Source: Octopus vulgaris
Lineage: Eukaryota
Direction of reading: 5' to 3'
Assembly (NCBI GenBank): GCA_951406725.2
Contig: OX597824.1
Coordinates: forward strand, 44,950,001-45,014,000
DNA length: 64,000 bases
Made by a program: the position numbers and the translations under genes. Shown one piece after another: positions 39,699 through 54,044 of the stretch. Position 1 is the stretch's first letter; each line of letters begins with the position of its first letter. Under the pieces are notes generated by a model. The model worked only from the letters and a program-made list of their open reading frames with translations, ran no database searches and was not told where the DNA came from.

Positions 39699-39819
39699 TA
39701 TATATATAAAAGACAAAAAAGAGTGAAAAAACTGCAGAAGGCTAGTGTTATATGGTTAAAGAATGTATTTAAATCGTTATGTTAGAAAAATGTTATGAAA
39801 TTTTGTGTATAGTAACATA

Positions 39820-40245
39820 GTTTTTGGAGAAATAACCGGTTTTGTATTTTCTTTCCAAATTTCTCAAATTTCTTTACCTATATCGTGTCATGTCTTCGCT
39901 ATGTTGTGAAATATGGAGTTCCAGGCAGGGGAAGGTAATCAGGGATTTTTCCAGGGAGATAATCAAGCTTGTTGGGAATGACTAGGCTTGATTAATTTAA
40001 CATGATTTGGTTTAGAAGGAATTGAATGTTACAAGTGGATAGGTTTTGCTTTATTTTTTTTTTAATGAGGTGAGTTTCCTTATTTAAAAATGTTAGAAAT
40101 GGTTAAGTTTTGGCTTATATTTTTCAATGAAGAAGGTTTCCTTATTTAATCTAACTTGTGTTGGTGTTCCAATGGCACATTGATAGAATGAAAAGATTAT
40201 AAATTGTGGTAGCAATTGCTTTGGACATTTCTCAATATGTTCACT
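39820..40245 (-). mobile_element. Penelope-like element 3' fragment (GIY-YIG C-terminus)
   Basis: SEHIEKC..FIIFSFYQC..RLNKETFFIEKYKPKLN, matching the R..E..FI..F.P.LN end of PLE GIY-YIG domains and resembling 50980-51050. Confidence 0.65.
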
Positions 40246-40331
40246 AATATATATACATACACACACATACAGATATATGTACTCACATTTACATACACTA
40301 ATGTAACTATATATATCTACACATACATATA

Positions 40332-41604
40332 TCAGGTCAATAAGAATGAAGCATCCAATTTTCTTATGCATTATTTTTTTGCAGTCATTAACATTAATGT
40401 TTTATCTGACAATTCTTTGTTTTACAACATGGAAGAGTTACATCGTCACTTTTTGAAATGCAATTCATGGTGTCTGATTATATAGTAAGTTTTCTCTTGT
40501 AAACCAATTTTTGTGAACCCATGAAGAGATCAAAAATTTGTGTTGTTTATGAATGAGTTCTGTCATGGAACCAATGCATCTCAGACAGCTCGAAACATCA
40601 ATGAGGTGTTTGATGAAGATGTGGTGAATGAGTGCACTGTATGTCAATAATTTCTGAAGTTCCGGTCTGGTAACTTTATTCTTGACAATCAGTCCAATGG
40701 TAGACCTGAGACCAAGGTGGATAATGATGAACTGGAAACTGTAGTGGAAGCGGATACATCTCAAACACATGAGTTAGCAGCAAGGTTCAATGTTTCAATT
40801 CCAACTGTATTGGACCATCTGAAACAAATCAGCAAGGTAAAGAAGCTGGACAAGTACCACACAAACTGGACAAGCATCAAATGATACATCATCTTGAAAC
40901 TTGCTGTTCTTTGCTGTCACAACATAAAAACGAACCATTTTTGCATCGTACTGTTACATGTCACTAAAAATGGATTCTTTTCAACAATAGCAAGCATTCT
41001 GCATGGTGGTTGGGTAGAGATGAAGTGCCAAAACACAATCCAAAAAAGAAAATTCGCCAAAAAAGCTAATGGTGTCTGTTTGGTTGTCCAGCACTGGTGT
41101 CATCCACTACAGCTTCATGAGACCTGGTAAGTCAATTACAGCAGATGTATACATCAACCAGCTGGATGAAATGATGAGTGAACTGGCAGTTAAACAACTG
41201 AAATTGGTCAATAGAGACAGGCCAATTCTCTTGCAAAACAATGCTCAACCACGTTGCACAAAGAACGCTATTCAAGTTACAGGAACTGAACTTGGAAGTA
41301 CTCTATCCTCCACCATATTCACCAGACCTTGAGCCAACTGACTATCATGTTTTCCAGGCATTAGACAACTTTTTACAAGGAAAAAACTTCAAATCTGAAG
41401 AAGATGCAAAAATAGCCTTTCATGATTTCATCACCTCTTACTCTCCAGAATTCTTCACTGCTAGCATAAATAAGCTACCGATAAGATAGCAAAACTGTGT
41501 TGATAATTTAGGTGTATACTTTGATTGACTGCATTGCTTTTTGTTGAGATAAAGTAAAATAAACTTTCAGTTCAAAATCGGACATTTCATTCTTAATGAC
41601 CTGA
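40332..41604 (+). mobile_element. Full-length mariner (DD34D) transposon with pseudogenised transposase
   Basis: TA|tcaggtcaataagaatgaagcatccaatttt ... aaaatcggacatttcattcttaatgacctga|TA (~30-bp TIRs, TA TSD, 1273 bp). Motifs VTCH*KWI, LQNNAQP and YSPDLEPTDYHVF. Confidence 0.95.
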
Positions 41605-42334
41605 TACATGATCACCTTCAGCAGCCATATACTTAAAATTAAAACAAAAAGAAAATAATTATACCAAAATAAAAATAATGCAATAAATACAACTAAAAAT
41701 ATTAATTTATAGTCACAATGTCTGTTTGCTTGGTTGTTCTGACAGTTAAGACATATTTTCAAGATTAAGTGACTAAACGCGAGGGTCAGTAAAACCATTT
41801 ATTTACTGTTAGACATGTAAATGTTTGCTTGAGTGGTGTCTTCATTTTCTATAAGTTATGGAAACTTTGAAATGAGAGAATGAATTGTATTCTAAAAATC
41901 AGTAAAATTAATCTGATAAGTCTCTGTATCGTGTATATCCTGTTGTTTTAAAACATTGTTTGAATTTCTTTGCTTCTCTGTGAAGTGTTTCTTGACCCAG
42001 ATACAACATTTACATACTAAAGCACGCTTCTGGATTTGTAGCTTTCTTATCATTCAAGTGGTCAAATTAGTTTAAAGAGACAAATCTCAAGACCAAAGTT
42101 AATAATATAAGAGTCACAAAACAAGGGACTTATAAATCTATGTATATATATATATTCATTTAGCTTTTATTCTAATAGTAAGCATAGTTAGTCAGTATCT
42201 CTAACTCAAGAGACTTTGATGGCAAGTAATGTAAGCCTCAAGTAAGCTATAATTACAAGCTATTGTTGATTCTTGGTTGAATCTATTTGATTTCACTTAT
42301 ATTGTACAAGTCATCAGATTTGTTGTGAAAGTAT

Positions 42335-42700
42335 GTAGCCTAGCAGGATGTTTGGTTCATGAGCATTATCTTGTGGATTCAATTCTTAGACCAGGTAGCA
42401 CATTGTATCTTTCAGCAGGGCACTTTATTTCATATTGCTCTAGTCAATTCATCTGAAAATGAATACTAGCAGAGTGCTGCTGCAGCCCTCTCCACCTCCA
42501 GCTGTTGTATCCTGGATGTGTCATCAAGTCAAAGAATGGAGAATTGAGAGGGTGTCTATGTCAGCTCACAACTACACATGTTCTCCCATGTTTAACTTAG
42601 TAGGGCGTGAATTGAAAGTATTTTGAACTCAGTCATGAGTTTAACACCTCCATGGATTTGCTATGTCTGTAGCTTCACAATACCTCTATGAGTACAGTAT
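42335..42700 (+). mobile_element. Decayed tRNA-derived SINE of a third family
   Basis: gtagcctagc (A-box-like), ggattcaattc (B-box-like), then cagcagggcactttatttcatattgctctagtcaattcatctgaaaatgaatac. Confidence 0.45.
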
Positions 42701-43179
42701 GAAGAAGGAAGAACTCCACTAGGTCATTTCTACTTACATGACTACAGTCTTCTGTAGTACATCAACAACCCAATGCAATTTACTATAAAACATTTCTACA
42801 GTCAATTTGATAGTGATAGAAGCATTTTAGAATTGGTAGAATAAAAGTTTAGGTCTTGCGAGGATCAATTTAGTTTTTCATTGGGGAAAAGGAGTGTTTA
42901 AAACATGGAGAATCATGCTAGCTAGATATTTGATGTGGATATTTCTATTGCTGAATATACCCTTCTTCCTAGTAGCCTTATACCCAATAATTGGAGGATT
43001 TGTGTTTATAAAATTTTGGTTCGCAACTATGTGGGATTTATGGCTGTTAAATACTTGGGTCATGATTAACCATCTGGATAATGTTCATCCTTCCAGTTAA
43101 AACTTGGCAATAAAGAGCAAATGACCAGGTAAATGATAAATTGGTGGCCAGATCCTAGATTAAAAGTTCTCATTTTTTA

Positions 43180-46020
43180 ACAGAACATTAAAAGGCAGCA
43201 ACAGAAGGAAGCTACAAGAAATGGCTAGGAAAGTAGATTCTGTTATCAGTAGGATACATACTAAAGATATAGAAGACACTAATTTATTGATCTATGCAGC
43301 GGGGTAGTAGTCACCAGAAGATTAGATATCTCACAGGAAAAGATTAAAAAAGAGCATATGTGGAAAAGGAGACTACAAAATAAAGTGAAGACTTTAAGAC
43401 AAGATCTAAGTAGAATAGAAGCCTGGAAAACAAACAAATTAGGAAACACAAGATGCAAATCCTACCTTGCAGAAATATACTTAGTCAAAGAGAAAGGATT
43501 TGAGACAATAATAGAAGAGTTGAAACAGCGTACCATAGTAGTAGCAGGCAAGCTCTCCAGATATCAGAAAAGAATAGATCAGTATCAACAGAATAGATTA
43601 TTTGAGACAGACCAGAAGAGATTTTATAACCGAATAAATAGTACTGAATGAAGAATTGAAGATGAGAAACCTAATTCAGAGGAAGCTAGAAAGTTCTGGA
43701 GTAATATCTGGGATAAACCAGTCAATCATAATGGAAATGCAGTATGGTTAAAGAAAGGGAGGGAAGAAGTAGTGAGTGAGAAGCCAGATCTAAGATTAAC
43801 TAATGCATTAATGAGTAAAGTATTAGGAAAAATGCTGAATTGGAAGGGCCCAGGATCAAATTTAGTCCAAGGGTACTGGCTAAAGAAATTCAGTAGTTAA
43901 CATTTGAGAAGTTAACAACTTCAGAATTGCCTTAATGGAAGAATAATACCAGACTGGATGACTAGAGGGAGGACAATACTCATTATGAAGGATAAGAGCA
44001 AGGGTAATACAGCTATTAACGATAACCCAATAACTTGTTTACCATTAGTGTGGAAGCTGTTAACAGGAATGCTTTTAGAAAACATTTATGAGCACCTTAA
44101 CAACCAGAATTTATACCAGAAGAACAGAAAGGTTGCAGGAAGAAAGCTAGAGAAATGCATTATCTATTATATGTAGACAAAGCAGTTCTAAAAGAAGTAA
44201 AAGTTATAACAGATTGTAGGAAAGCCTATGACATGATCCAACACTCATGGATAAGTGAATGTTTGAGTATATTCAGTATAGTAGACAACATAAGAGAATT
44301 AATTAGCTTTAGCATGAAGAAATGGCAAGTTGATCTCTACTCAGGTGACACACTCTTAGGGAAAGTTAATATCAAGAGAGGAATTTTCCATGGGGACTCA
44401 TTGCCTCTTTAATATTTGACTTATGTTTGATACCCCTCAGTTTAGTATTAAAGAAGGCAAAGGCAGAGTATCAGTTCAGAAATAGTAATGGAAAAACTTT
44501 GCTCTACATGGATGAGCTGAAATTTTTTAGTAAGAATGAAAATGAGATAGATTCCTTAATACAGACTGTAAAACTCTTCAGCAAAGATATAGGTGTGGAA
44601 TTTGACATAGGCATGGAATTTGCAATATTAGTCATGAGAAAGGGACAGACAGTCAACAGCAAAGGCATCCAACTACCACATGTCCAAACATTAAAATCAT
44701 TGAAAGGAGGAGAGAGTTATAAGTATCTAGAAGTATTGGAATCTGACAGTGTACTAACTACAGAAATGAAAACAAAAATTGAGGAGTACATCAGAAGGGT
44801 GAGGAAGTTAATGAAGTCAAAGCTAAATGATCTGAATCTAGTGAAGGCTGTAAATACTTGGGCAGTATCATTACTTAGATACTCAGCAGCTTTTGTAGAT
44901 TGGACAAAAACTGAATTAGCAAAGCTAGACAGAACAACTAGGAAGGAATTCAATATGAATGGAGGTTTCCACTCAAGGGAAGGAGTAGCAAGATTTCCTA
45001 GAAAGGAAGGTGGAAGAGGGTTAATATCAGTTAGCTAGAGTAGATATAGACTCCTATGTAGGTAATAGCGCAGAAAATTTATTAAGAGCTGCTAGAGTCA
45101 CAGCAAGACATAGGGAAACCAAAATACCAAATGAACTTAAAAACCCCAGAAATTATCTGACTGACATGAGAAGGTGTTACATGGTAGACTCCCAAAGATA
45201 GTTTCAGCAAATAGTAGTAGTGAGACATAGTTGTGGCTGCAGAAAGGAAAGCTGAAGTGGGAGACAGAAAGTTTGTTAGTAAATGCATAAGATCAAGCAC
45301 TAAGGACTAATTGGATGAAAGTCAAGATAGACAAAAACCAAGTAGATTCCCAATGTTGATTATGCAAGTCAAAAGAGGAAGGTGTTACTCATACAGTCAG
45401 TAAATGTAGCATGCTGGCACAGAAAGAATACGAGAAAGGACATGACAATCTAGGGAGAGCAATCCATTTGGAGCTATGTAGAAAGGTAGGATTTAAATAT
45501 ACTGATAAATGGTATGAACATGAATCTAGTAAAGTACTAGAAAGTAAGAAATACAAGATATTGTAGGACTTCAACATTCAGACTGACAAAGTAATAGAAG
45601 TTAGAAGGCCTAATTTGGTAGTATTAGATAAAGAGAATAGAAAGCGCCAGATAAGTGATTTTACAGTCCCAAATGATGAAAAAATTCACGTGAGAAGTAT
45701 AGAAAAAATAGCAAAGTACCAGGCCCTAGCTATTGAATTATAGGGACTATGGAAAGTGCGGATAAAATGTATCCCAGTAGTTATAGGTGCATTGGGAACT
45801 ATCCCTAAAGATTTGAACAGATGGATAGAGGAAATAGGCATAAAAGCCAGTTTAGTACTGCTGCAGAAAATAGTGTTGTTAGGGACGGCTAGGATACTTA
45901 GGAGGGTTCTTGGCATCCTAAGGATACTTAGGAGGGTTACTTGCTGTGACCCGATAGAAGGATTCTTGGCATCTAAGGCTACTTGTTGTAGCCTGATGTT
46001 AGGATTCTTTTATTTTCCGA

Positions 46021-46078
<58 letters not shown>
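43180..46078 (+). mobile_element. R4/Dong-clade non-LTR retrotransposon (RT, CCHC, restriction-like endonuclease), 5'-truncated and decayed, with (AAT)n tail
   Basis: PITCLPLVWKLLT, DCRKAYDMIQHSWI, KRGIFHGDSL, LYMDELK, YKYLEVLE, GGRGL, C.LC..H...C, HDNLG, RRPNLVV..DFTVP..EKIAKY and IPVVIGALGTIPKDL. Followed by (AAT)n at 46025-46078. Confidence 0.9.
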
Positions 46079-46081
<3 letters not shown>

Positions 46082-46082
46082 C

Positions 46083-46260
46083 AGTTTCAAATTTTGGCAC
46101 AAGGCCAACAATTTTAGGGAAGGAGGTTAAGTTGATTACATCAACACCAATATTTGACTGGTATTTTGTTTTAGTAACACCGGAAGAATAAAAGGTAAAG
46201 TTGACCTCAGCAGGATTTAAACACAGAACATAAAGAGCCAGAAGAAATACCACAACACAT
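46083..46260 (-). mobile_element. Family A SINE adjoining the (AAT)n tract
   Basis: gtttcaaattttggcacaaggcc..gttgattacatcaac..aaggtaaagttgacctcagcaggattt. Confidence 0.8.
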
Positions 46261-46953
46261 ATTAACAACTACAACAACCAGCACCAGGACAACATTAATA
46301 GTAATTTCTATGATTCACACAATGCCTTGCTTATGAGGCAAGTAAGAGCATAGTCAATTCAATTAATGGTATATGTTAACTCATATACCAGTATTATTTC
46401 ATTTCACTGAGAGAGTGAAATCAATGCTGACACAATTTGAATTTAAAACAATAAAGCTTTAAAATACTGTGAATCATCAAGTCCAAGTGTTGTCTGGGTC
46501 AACATCTACTATACTTATAATGTCAACAAATAAAAGATGAATTAACTAAACACATTTATTTTACACATTAGCAAGTTGAACTATGGATTAAAAACAAAAT
46601 AATTCTATACAGAAATAGTTCATGATAAATAAATAAATAAATTAAGGTTTTGAACTTTCAAAATGAAAGAGGGTAAAAATATGAATAGAATAATATCCAT
46701 ATTTATAGTTTATACAATATATATCTGTATGTATGTGTGTATGTATTATATATTATATATCTGTGTGTATGTATATATATATATACACTTTATTGATAAA
46801 GCTGCAGACATCACAACAGTTGTTACTCAGAGTTTTACATTTCTGTTCATCATTACGCTACCTCCGGTATTTGAGTACTATTTTTTACACCTTATTTCAC
46901 ATTTATGTGCTTACTCTGGTATATATATATGTATATATGTATATATGTATGTA

Positions 46954-47036
<83 letters not shown>

Positions 47037-47049
47037 GTATATATATATA

Positions 47050-47090
<41 letters not shown>

Positions 47091-47094
<4 letters not shown>

Positions 47095-47379
47095 AAAATG
47101 GAGATATATCAATTAATAAGTATATTTATTAACTGCAAAAATAGACATAATCTCTAACAGCTGTTTTGATTCATACTTTGCTGTAATGTTCCATATACTT
47201 AACACCTAATAATATATTGGTAAATCTTTTTTCTGTCACTGACGAGATTCTGCTTTATAAAATGATTTAATTATTACAATTATAATCTTTAAAGTATGAA
47301 TCGAAACTGATTTTAGAGATCATGTTTATTTTTGCAGTTAATAAATATACTTATCAATTGATGTATCTCCATTTTCTTA
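47091..47379. repeat. Fold-back element (~90-bp inverted arms) with a hammerhead motif at 47236-47319
   Basis: 47091-47180 is the reverse complement of 47290-47379. Plus strand has CTGACGA gattc..long AT loop..gaatc GAAA ctgatt tt agaga; the left arm retains palindromic cagctg. Confidence 0.75.
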
Positions 47380-47535
47380 TTTTTCTTGAATAAATATAAA
47401 CCTTGGTTTATCTAACTATCTATTATTCATGAGTATTATAATTAATGTTCACAACAAATATTAAGTAATGAACCAGTAAGTCATTGGATATTACTATCTC
47501 TTAATGAGGCTTATTCAACCTCTAATTGAACTTTA

Positions 47536-47574
<39 letters not shown>

Positions 47575-47578
<4 letters not shown>

Positions 47579-47835
47579 TTCCTAATGCCAACCACTCTGA
47601 GAGTGTAAAGCACCCATTACACTCTTGGATTTGTGGGCATTAGGAAGGGCATCCAATCATAGAAAACCAAGCCAAATCAGACTGGAGTTTGGTGTGGCAT
47701 TCCAGCTTACTAGACCTGGTCAAACCGTCTAACCCATGCCAGCGTTGACACAACGGACGTTAAATGATGATGATATGTATTAAGGCGGTGAGCTGGCAGA
47801 AACGTTAGCATGCTGCAAAATGCTTAGCGGTATTT
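47575..47835 (+). mobile_element. RTE 3' tail followed by a family A SINE head fragment
   Basis: ttaggaagggcatcca..aacccatgcc..acggacgttaaatgatgat, then aggcggtgagctggcagaaacgttagcatg. Confidence 0.75.
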
Positions 47836-47839
47836 CTAT

Positions 47840-49300
47840 ATGCATTACATGCCTGTACAAGCATGATTTTTTTTATGCATGCTACATTTGATTTCTTTTA
47901 TATCACTTACAGATTATATTTGTAATGTGTGAGTTAGTTGGTTGATGTCTTTTTCTGAAAACCCTAGCATATACAGATTGTCACTTAGGCATTTACTTAC
48001 AAAACTGAATGCACCAATTATTTATTATTGGTATAAATGTGAATTTGTAATCTGGATATTGATGCTGGAAGTTTCAAAGCAATTTTTCATAGTTTTCTTT
48101 TTTGATTTTCAAAGAGATATTCACATCTATGATGGTACATACTTTTTCTTGTCTGTTTTAAACAACAATATCCAGCATATTATGTTTGCACTTGACAAAT
48201 GTTTTAATGGGAATGTTCCACTAATATTCTTTGTTTTGATGTTTGTGTATGTATTCAATAACAGGGGGATTCATTATATTTATTTCAGGACAGTCATTTT
48301 CTCAAATGGCATTATATATTGTTTTTGTGACAACATCGCATTGCATAGGGAGGCAGTACCTTGATGACATTTTTGGGCAGCTGCTAATCACATGTGATGT
48401 CTACTGTAGAAATATGACAAAATCTATATTTTTAGTTGTATCTTGGAGCTCCAAGGGTTTCACTGTAGCAATCTCCTGTTCTTGGATTGTAAATGCATAG
48501 CCTTTGAAGGGTGATATGATGTAGCAATCACAAGTCCAAGAGAAGCTGTACTTCATTTCAATATCACTGTCTTCTTCAAGTTTCCAAGAAACATACCTAT
48601 GCATAGTCTTTTTTTGGTATCGTATACAGAATATTTCATATCCAGGTTATCTTTGAAGTATGTTAATCCAGCTGTTTTGGGGTTGTATGAGAGGTCATCA
48701 GGAAGAGAGTGCTTCCTGAGGAGCTCATTGCCAACACACAGGATGTTGTTCTCTTCACTTTTCAGCACTAAGTTAATGTATTAATTTTTGCTGCATGTTG
48801 TTTAGCAAGTGCTGTCTGAGAGAGACTATGACATTTGAAAGCTGTTTGCACTGATCTTAAGCTTCTACCTCCTTCATCTCTTCTTAAATAAAGCCTATCA
48901 ATACCACTATTTCTCTGAAAATTTCCAGTTGATATCAGTATCTAGTGGGTTTTAATGCCTCTGGAATGGATTTCCTCTACAGATCAGTCAGGTATCTCAA
49001 ATGTTGGAATCAGCAATAATACTGGAAATGCATTATGGGACTTTGTTGTAAGTGGAGAGTTCTGACTCATATTCATGGGCCACTCTATCTTTATTCACAG
49101 TACCTTCATATATGTTTTCATCAATGCCTAGGTACTCATAGCTTTCTGTATGTGAGACAGGAGAGATAGTGAGACAGGTTTAGGATTTGGGGACTGATTT
49201 TCCCCATTCAGCAATCAGATATGAACATTTCTTTTGCCCATATTCCATTCCTATGTCAGCTGAAAACGTTTTTATCAATTCCAACTGCTTTTATAATGTT
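47840..49300 (-). mobile_element. Second R4/Dong-like LINE fragment, decayed
   Basis: Minus strand: FSADIGMEYGQKKCS, ESYEYLGIDE, DRLYLRRDEGGRSL, GYAFTIQEQEIAT, HVISSCPK..RCDVV. Confidence 0.8.
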
Positions 49301-49599
49301 TCTCTTAAATTACTGCACTCTTTAGAGACAGAGGTTACATAATCAGGCAGTTACTTGACACTCTGTTGAACCCCTAGTGCAAAACTGATTGATAAGATTG
49401 GCTGTAATGGATATATAGTAGAAGATACTTACCCAAGGTGGACTAAATCTGAAACCACAGAACTTCTTAAGCACACAGCCATGCTGGCACCTGATGTATG
49501 TATGCATGTACGTACGTATGTATGTATGTATGTATGTATGTATGTATGTATGTATGTATGTATGTATGTATGTATGTATGTATGTATGTATGTATGTAT

Positions 49600-51100
49600 G
49601 TGTAGGTTACGAAAGGAAACACAAATATGAGGTAAAAAAATAAACAGGATGTATTAGGTTGATGCTCAGGAAAATTGAAATAAGTCCTTAATGTTTCCAC
49701 CTATATTCTTGAATGGAAAAGATGGATAAGGAGAGAGAAAAATAAAGAGAAAAGAACAAGCATATTTCAGTTAAACAGTCACTGCATGCTGAAATGACCG
49801 AAGATGGCTCAATAATAAAAATAACTACTGCTGGAGAGCAAAGATGGCTTCTTTTTCTTTTTTTCTTTTTTGCCCCAGTGGTGATTTGCAGTTTTTACCA
49901 CAACTATTTATATAAACAACACCTACCAGTTAAACACAATGCAGACTCATGACAGTTGGCTTTGTGAATACACACGTCTCTTCAGACAATCAACAGAAAG
50001 ATAACATTGATTACATGACTGTCAGACATGTGTATTTAGGTGGCAATGACTTATCATCAGCTTGCTTTGTTTCATGTACCCTTCAGTGGCTAACATACCC
50101 TGTCTTGAAAAGACAAACAGATGGACATTTGAAGAAAGATTGATATTGTTAAGACAAAATCAAAATCAAAATTCCTCCTGCATATTCCACCCACTGTCCC
50201 AGAAGGTACTATACTTACAAGCTTTGATGTCACTAGTCTTTATACCAATATACCTCACACTTTGGACCTGGAAGCAGTCAAAAACTGGGTAGAGAAACAT
50301 AGAGGATGGATAAATGAACACTTCAAAACTGACTTCATCACCAAGGCCACACGCCTGGTACTAGAAGAAAACACCTTTAGATTCAATAATAAAACATATT
50401 GACTGATAAAGGGCACAGCTATGGGGCTACTGTTCCCACCCTCATATGCAATCAAGTCATGGGATACTTGGAAGAAAGGCTTTATGAGGAAGTTGAGAGA
50501 GCTTTTAATCAGGATTGCTAGAAATATATCATTAAAATGTGGAAACACTTCCTCAATGACTGCTTCATCTTTTGGGACAAATCAAATGGGGACTTACAAA
50601 TATTTAATAATATACTCAACACACTTCATCCATCCATCAAATTCATGACAGAATCCAGTTGCAATGAATTACCATTCCTGGATATTGACATGCAAATACA
50701 TGACTCCACAGTCGCTGTAAAAGAATGTGGAGATAGCAGATGTAGAACATGCAACAAAAACAACTTAAAATACCTAGAAAGTGGTTCCCACATAAGATTC
50801 AAGAGTAGATTCTTGTTCAAAGTAAATGCAGATATGAACTGCAAGACACAGAATCTCATATACTGCATTACTTGCCCCAACTGCAAGGAAAATTACATTG
50901 GCAAAACAACAATTCCCTCTGCCAACATGCAAGAACCCACAGACAACACATCCAACAAGAGGAATTGCTCAAGATTCCACTGAGTAAGCATCTAGAAATA
51001 TGTGGTGAAGGACAGCTCAAAATCTTTCACTTTTACAAATGTTCAAGAGATGACCTAAAATTCCAAAAAGCAATGTCAAAAAATTCTCTCCAAAATTAGA
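49600..51100 (+). mobile_element. Penelope-like retroelement (RT plus GIY-YIG), internally deleted and decayed
   Basis: SFDVTSLYTNIPH, KGTAMG, IKFMTE..NELPFLDI, then C..C and CKTQNLIYCITCPNCKENYIGKT. Possible decayed inverted hammerhead at ~49685-49720. Confidence 0.9.
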
Positions 51101-52769
51101 TGTTTGAAAGAGAAGCAGAAAAACTACATTTTTATTATTACCTTTTAAGTAGTAATGATGATAGATGAAGAGAAAACATTTATATTACACTATTACTGTT
51201 GTTTCTGAATGTGGCTCCAATGTTTATAACATGATACTCATCTCTATAAATGATCAGATATATATGAGGCATTTAGTAACAGAGTGTCGTAAGCACCATC
51301 CCAGCCATTTTCGAAGTTGGTATATCATTTTCTTTGTCTCAACATTTAGAATCAAAAAAAGCTGAGAGGAAGAACTTGCAATAAGGTTGAAAATCTGGCT
51401 GAAAAAAATTGTACCTCGATGCTATTGACACAACACTCGCTCACCCAAACTCGGACCAGAGAGTTTAGTAACACACCATCATAAGCAAACATGCTCATCA
51501 ATAACTTTGGTGTAGTCACTGTATAATTTTTTGAGGTGTTATGGTTCATTTTCTAATATTCCTCATTACCATTGTAACAATAATGGGCAATAATCTTACT
51601 ATTTTGTCTTACTTACCTCTTAAAGATACTTACCTTGGAATATTAAAACACAAACAATACCTTTGGGGGTGGTTTCTGTATGTTTTTTTCTAGGTATCAT
51701 GGCTAAAATATGCAATGCGATACACCGTTTTATAGTACTGGTATATTCTGCAGAATGAGAAAAACGCAGTCATTGTTTCATCTGTCAGATACATAAATAA
51801 ATAAATAATTTTACATAGGTGGGATGATTAGAGGAGGTCTTCACGGTCATTTTAAGACCAAAATCAACTTCCTAACTTCATTCCTTGCCAAGATATTGCA
51901 TTCTGAAAGCCACAAAACTTTGTGTATTTCTTGGTTTTTAAGTTGTGGCACTTACGATGGTCTGTTACTAAACATAACATTGAGATTTTGACAACTGTTG
52001 TTCTTATAGAACTTACCTATACCTGAGAAAGAATACTAGAACCATTTTACTGCTGATTAGGAAAGATATCTAATGTCGCTCCTTGGCAAAGTAATTTATG
52101 AAAAAGATCTCTTTTGAACTCTCTTATCCAAGCAAGCAAGAAAAAGTAAAATAAATCCTACAAAAGGATGAAAGGTACTCAAAAAAATATATTTAAGCAG
52201 GCCCTGTTTTATTATATAATTTATATCCTACAGAGTGCCTTCCAGCTAAATATACAATATACATGCACAACTCATTTATGATGTTTAATTAAATGTACAT
52301 AGAGAATAGATTAAATTAAAAACAGTACCAAATAATTTTTTAATATTCTGACTTTATTTTCCTAATTTATGAATATTGTACTAATGTTTAATGTTTGTTC
52401 ATGCAAAACATGGAATTACACAGAATATGGGACTTGACTATACAAGGGCAAAGGAATATATATTTTCATAAGACTTTGAACTTTGAACTCTTTTTTTAAT
52501 TTTCAGTGATAATTGCACCCTCTCCCCTTTTCTTATTTTTTTCCATCCTACTTCCTAACATTGACATCTTTGAAAGGTCACCAGCCCTTGTGAGAAAATG
52601 TGTTTATTTACAAAAATGTTGATAGGTATACAATGGAAAGAAAAAAGAAAGAAAGGAAAAATAGAAAAGAAAAAGACTTTTTAATGAAATTTCAATGAAT
52701 TAACCACATAAAATTGTGTCACATAACTGGTACTCATGCAGGTGGAGCATAAAAAGCAACTTCCGAGTG

Positions 52770-53312
52770 TTGAGCCTCACAGAGGCCAAGTGGATGAGCT
52801 CCTGTCAAATGTTGGGCCTCACAGAGGAAATGACTGAGACCTTTAGCATTATGTTGTGCCTGAGAAGAAGACCCATCAAGCCAAGTAAACTCGTAGTCAT
52901 CGCAGATACCGGTGTCATGCAAAAGGCACCCATGCCAGTGGCATGTAAAAGCACCTTTCGAGCATTGGGCCTCATGGAGGCAAGGACCGAGAACATTTGG
53001 CATTATGCTGTGTTTCGAGCATTGGGCCTCAGAAAGGTAATGACTGAATCCATTTGGCATTATGTTGTATTTGAGAAGAAGACCTATCAAGCCAAGTAAA
53101 ACCCCAGTCATGGCAGATACTAGTGTCATGCAAATGGTACCTGTGCTGGTGGCACATAAAAGCACCCTTTACACTCTCAGAGTGGTTGGCATTAGGAAGG
53201 TCATCCAGCTGTAGAAATCATGCCAAAACAGACTAGAGTCTGGTGCAGCCATCCAGCTTGCCAGACCTGGTCAAACCGTCCAACCCATGCCAGCATGGAC
53301 AATGGATGTTAA

Positions 53313-53368
<56 letters not shown>
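52770..53368 (+). mobile_element. RTE 3' end with reiterated ORF-terminal segments and (GAT)n tail
   Basis: ttg.gcctca..gagg unit at ~52771, 52812, 52965 and 53022; gagaagaagacc.atcaagccaagtaaa twice; canonical tail to 53368. Confidence 0.8.
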
Positions 53369-54044
53369 ATATATATATATATAGGATGAGAATATATCAA
53401 GGTGAGAATAGACATGAACTGGATTAGAGCTCAAATCAGATCAAATCTCTAGAATCCAATGTCCTAATCATGGGAGGTATGATCCTGCTGAATAAGAGTT
53501 GGCTATAGGACAAAATATTTAGATAAAATAAAGGTGGATAAGTAGTTGTTTATGACATCAAAGCATTTACAAATAAAATTAAATTGGCAAAAATTTGCAC
53601 AACTGTTACACATGTAACCTCTGGGTATCTATCAATTTGTCAAGGACTACCATGGACTATCTTCCTTCTTTCTGCTTAATTATATTCATATTTGTGTAAC
53701 TTATTTATAAGAGCTCTGTTGCCATAAAGAACTGCTTGTCCATTTTTTAATTTACTGTCATCACCATCTTCATCATTTAACATCCAATTTTTTCATGTTT
53801 GCATGGGTCAGATGGAATTTGTTGAGCACATTTTCTACAGCTGGATGCTCTTCCTGTTGCCAACTCTTACCTGTTTCCAAGCAAGATAATACCCCACCAT
53901 GACCAGATGCGTTTATTATAGAGGACTGGAAATGAACAAATTCACTTGTATGACAATGATGCTTATTCAAAACTGTCATATGATGTCAAGGCAAGGGTAC
54001 ACACACACACACACAAACATGTACATGCATATTTATATAAATAC

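Noticed and set aside
42878-43100. Hydrophobic ORF resembling a membrane protein
   Set aside because: It looks like the antisense of an old LINE RT fragment (LQLLGI, HIKYLA on the minus strand).
51140-52100. Possible non-autonomous DNA transposon
   Set aside because: The composition is suggestive, but I could not find terminal inverted repeats or a TSD.
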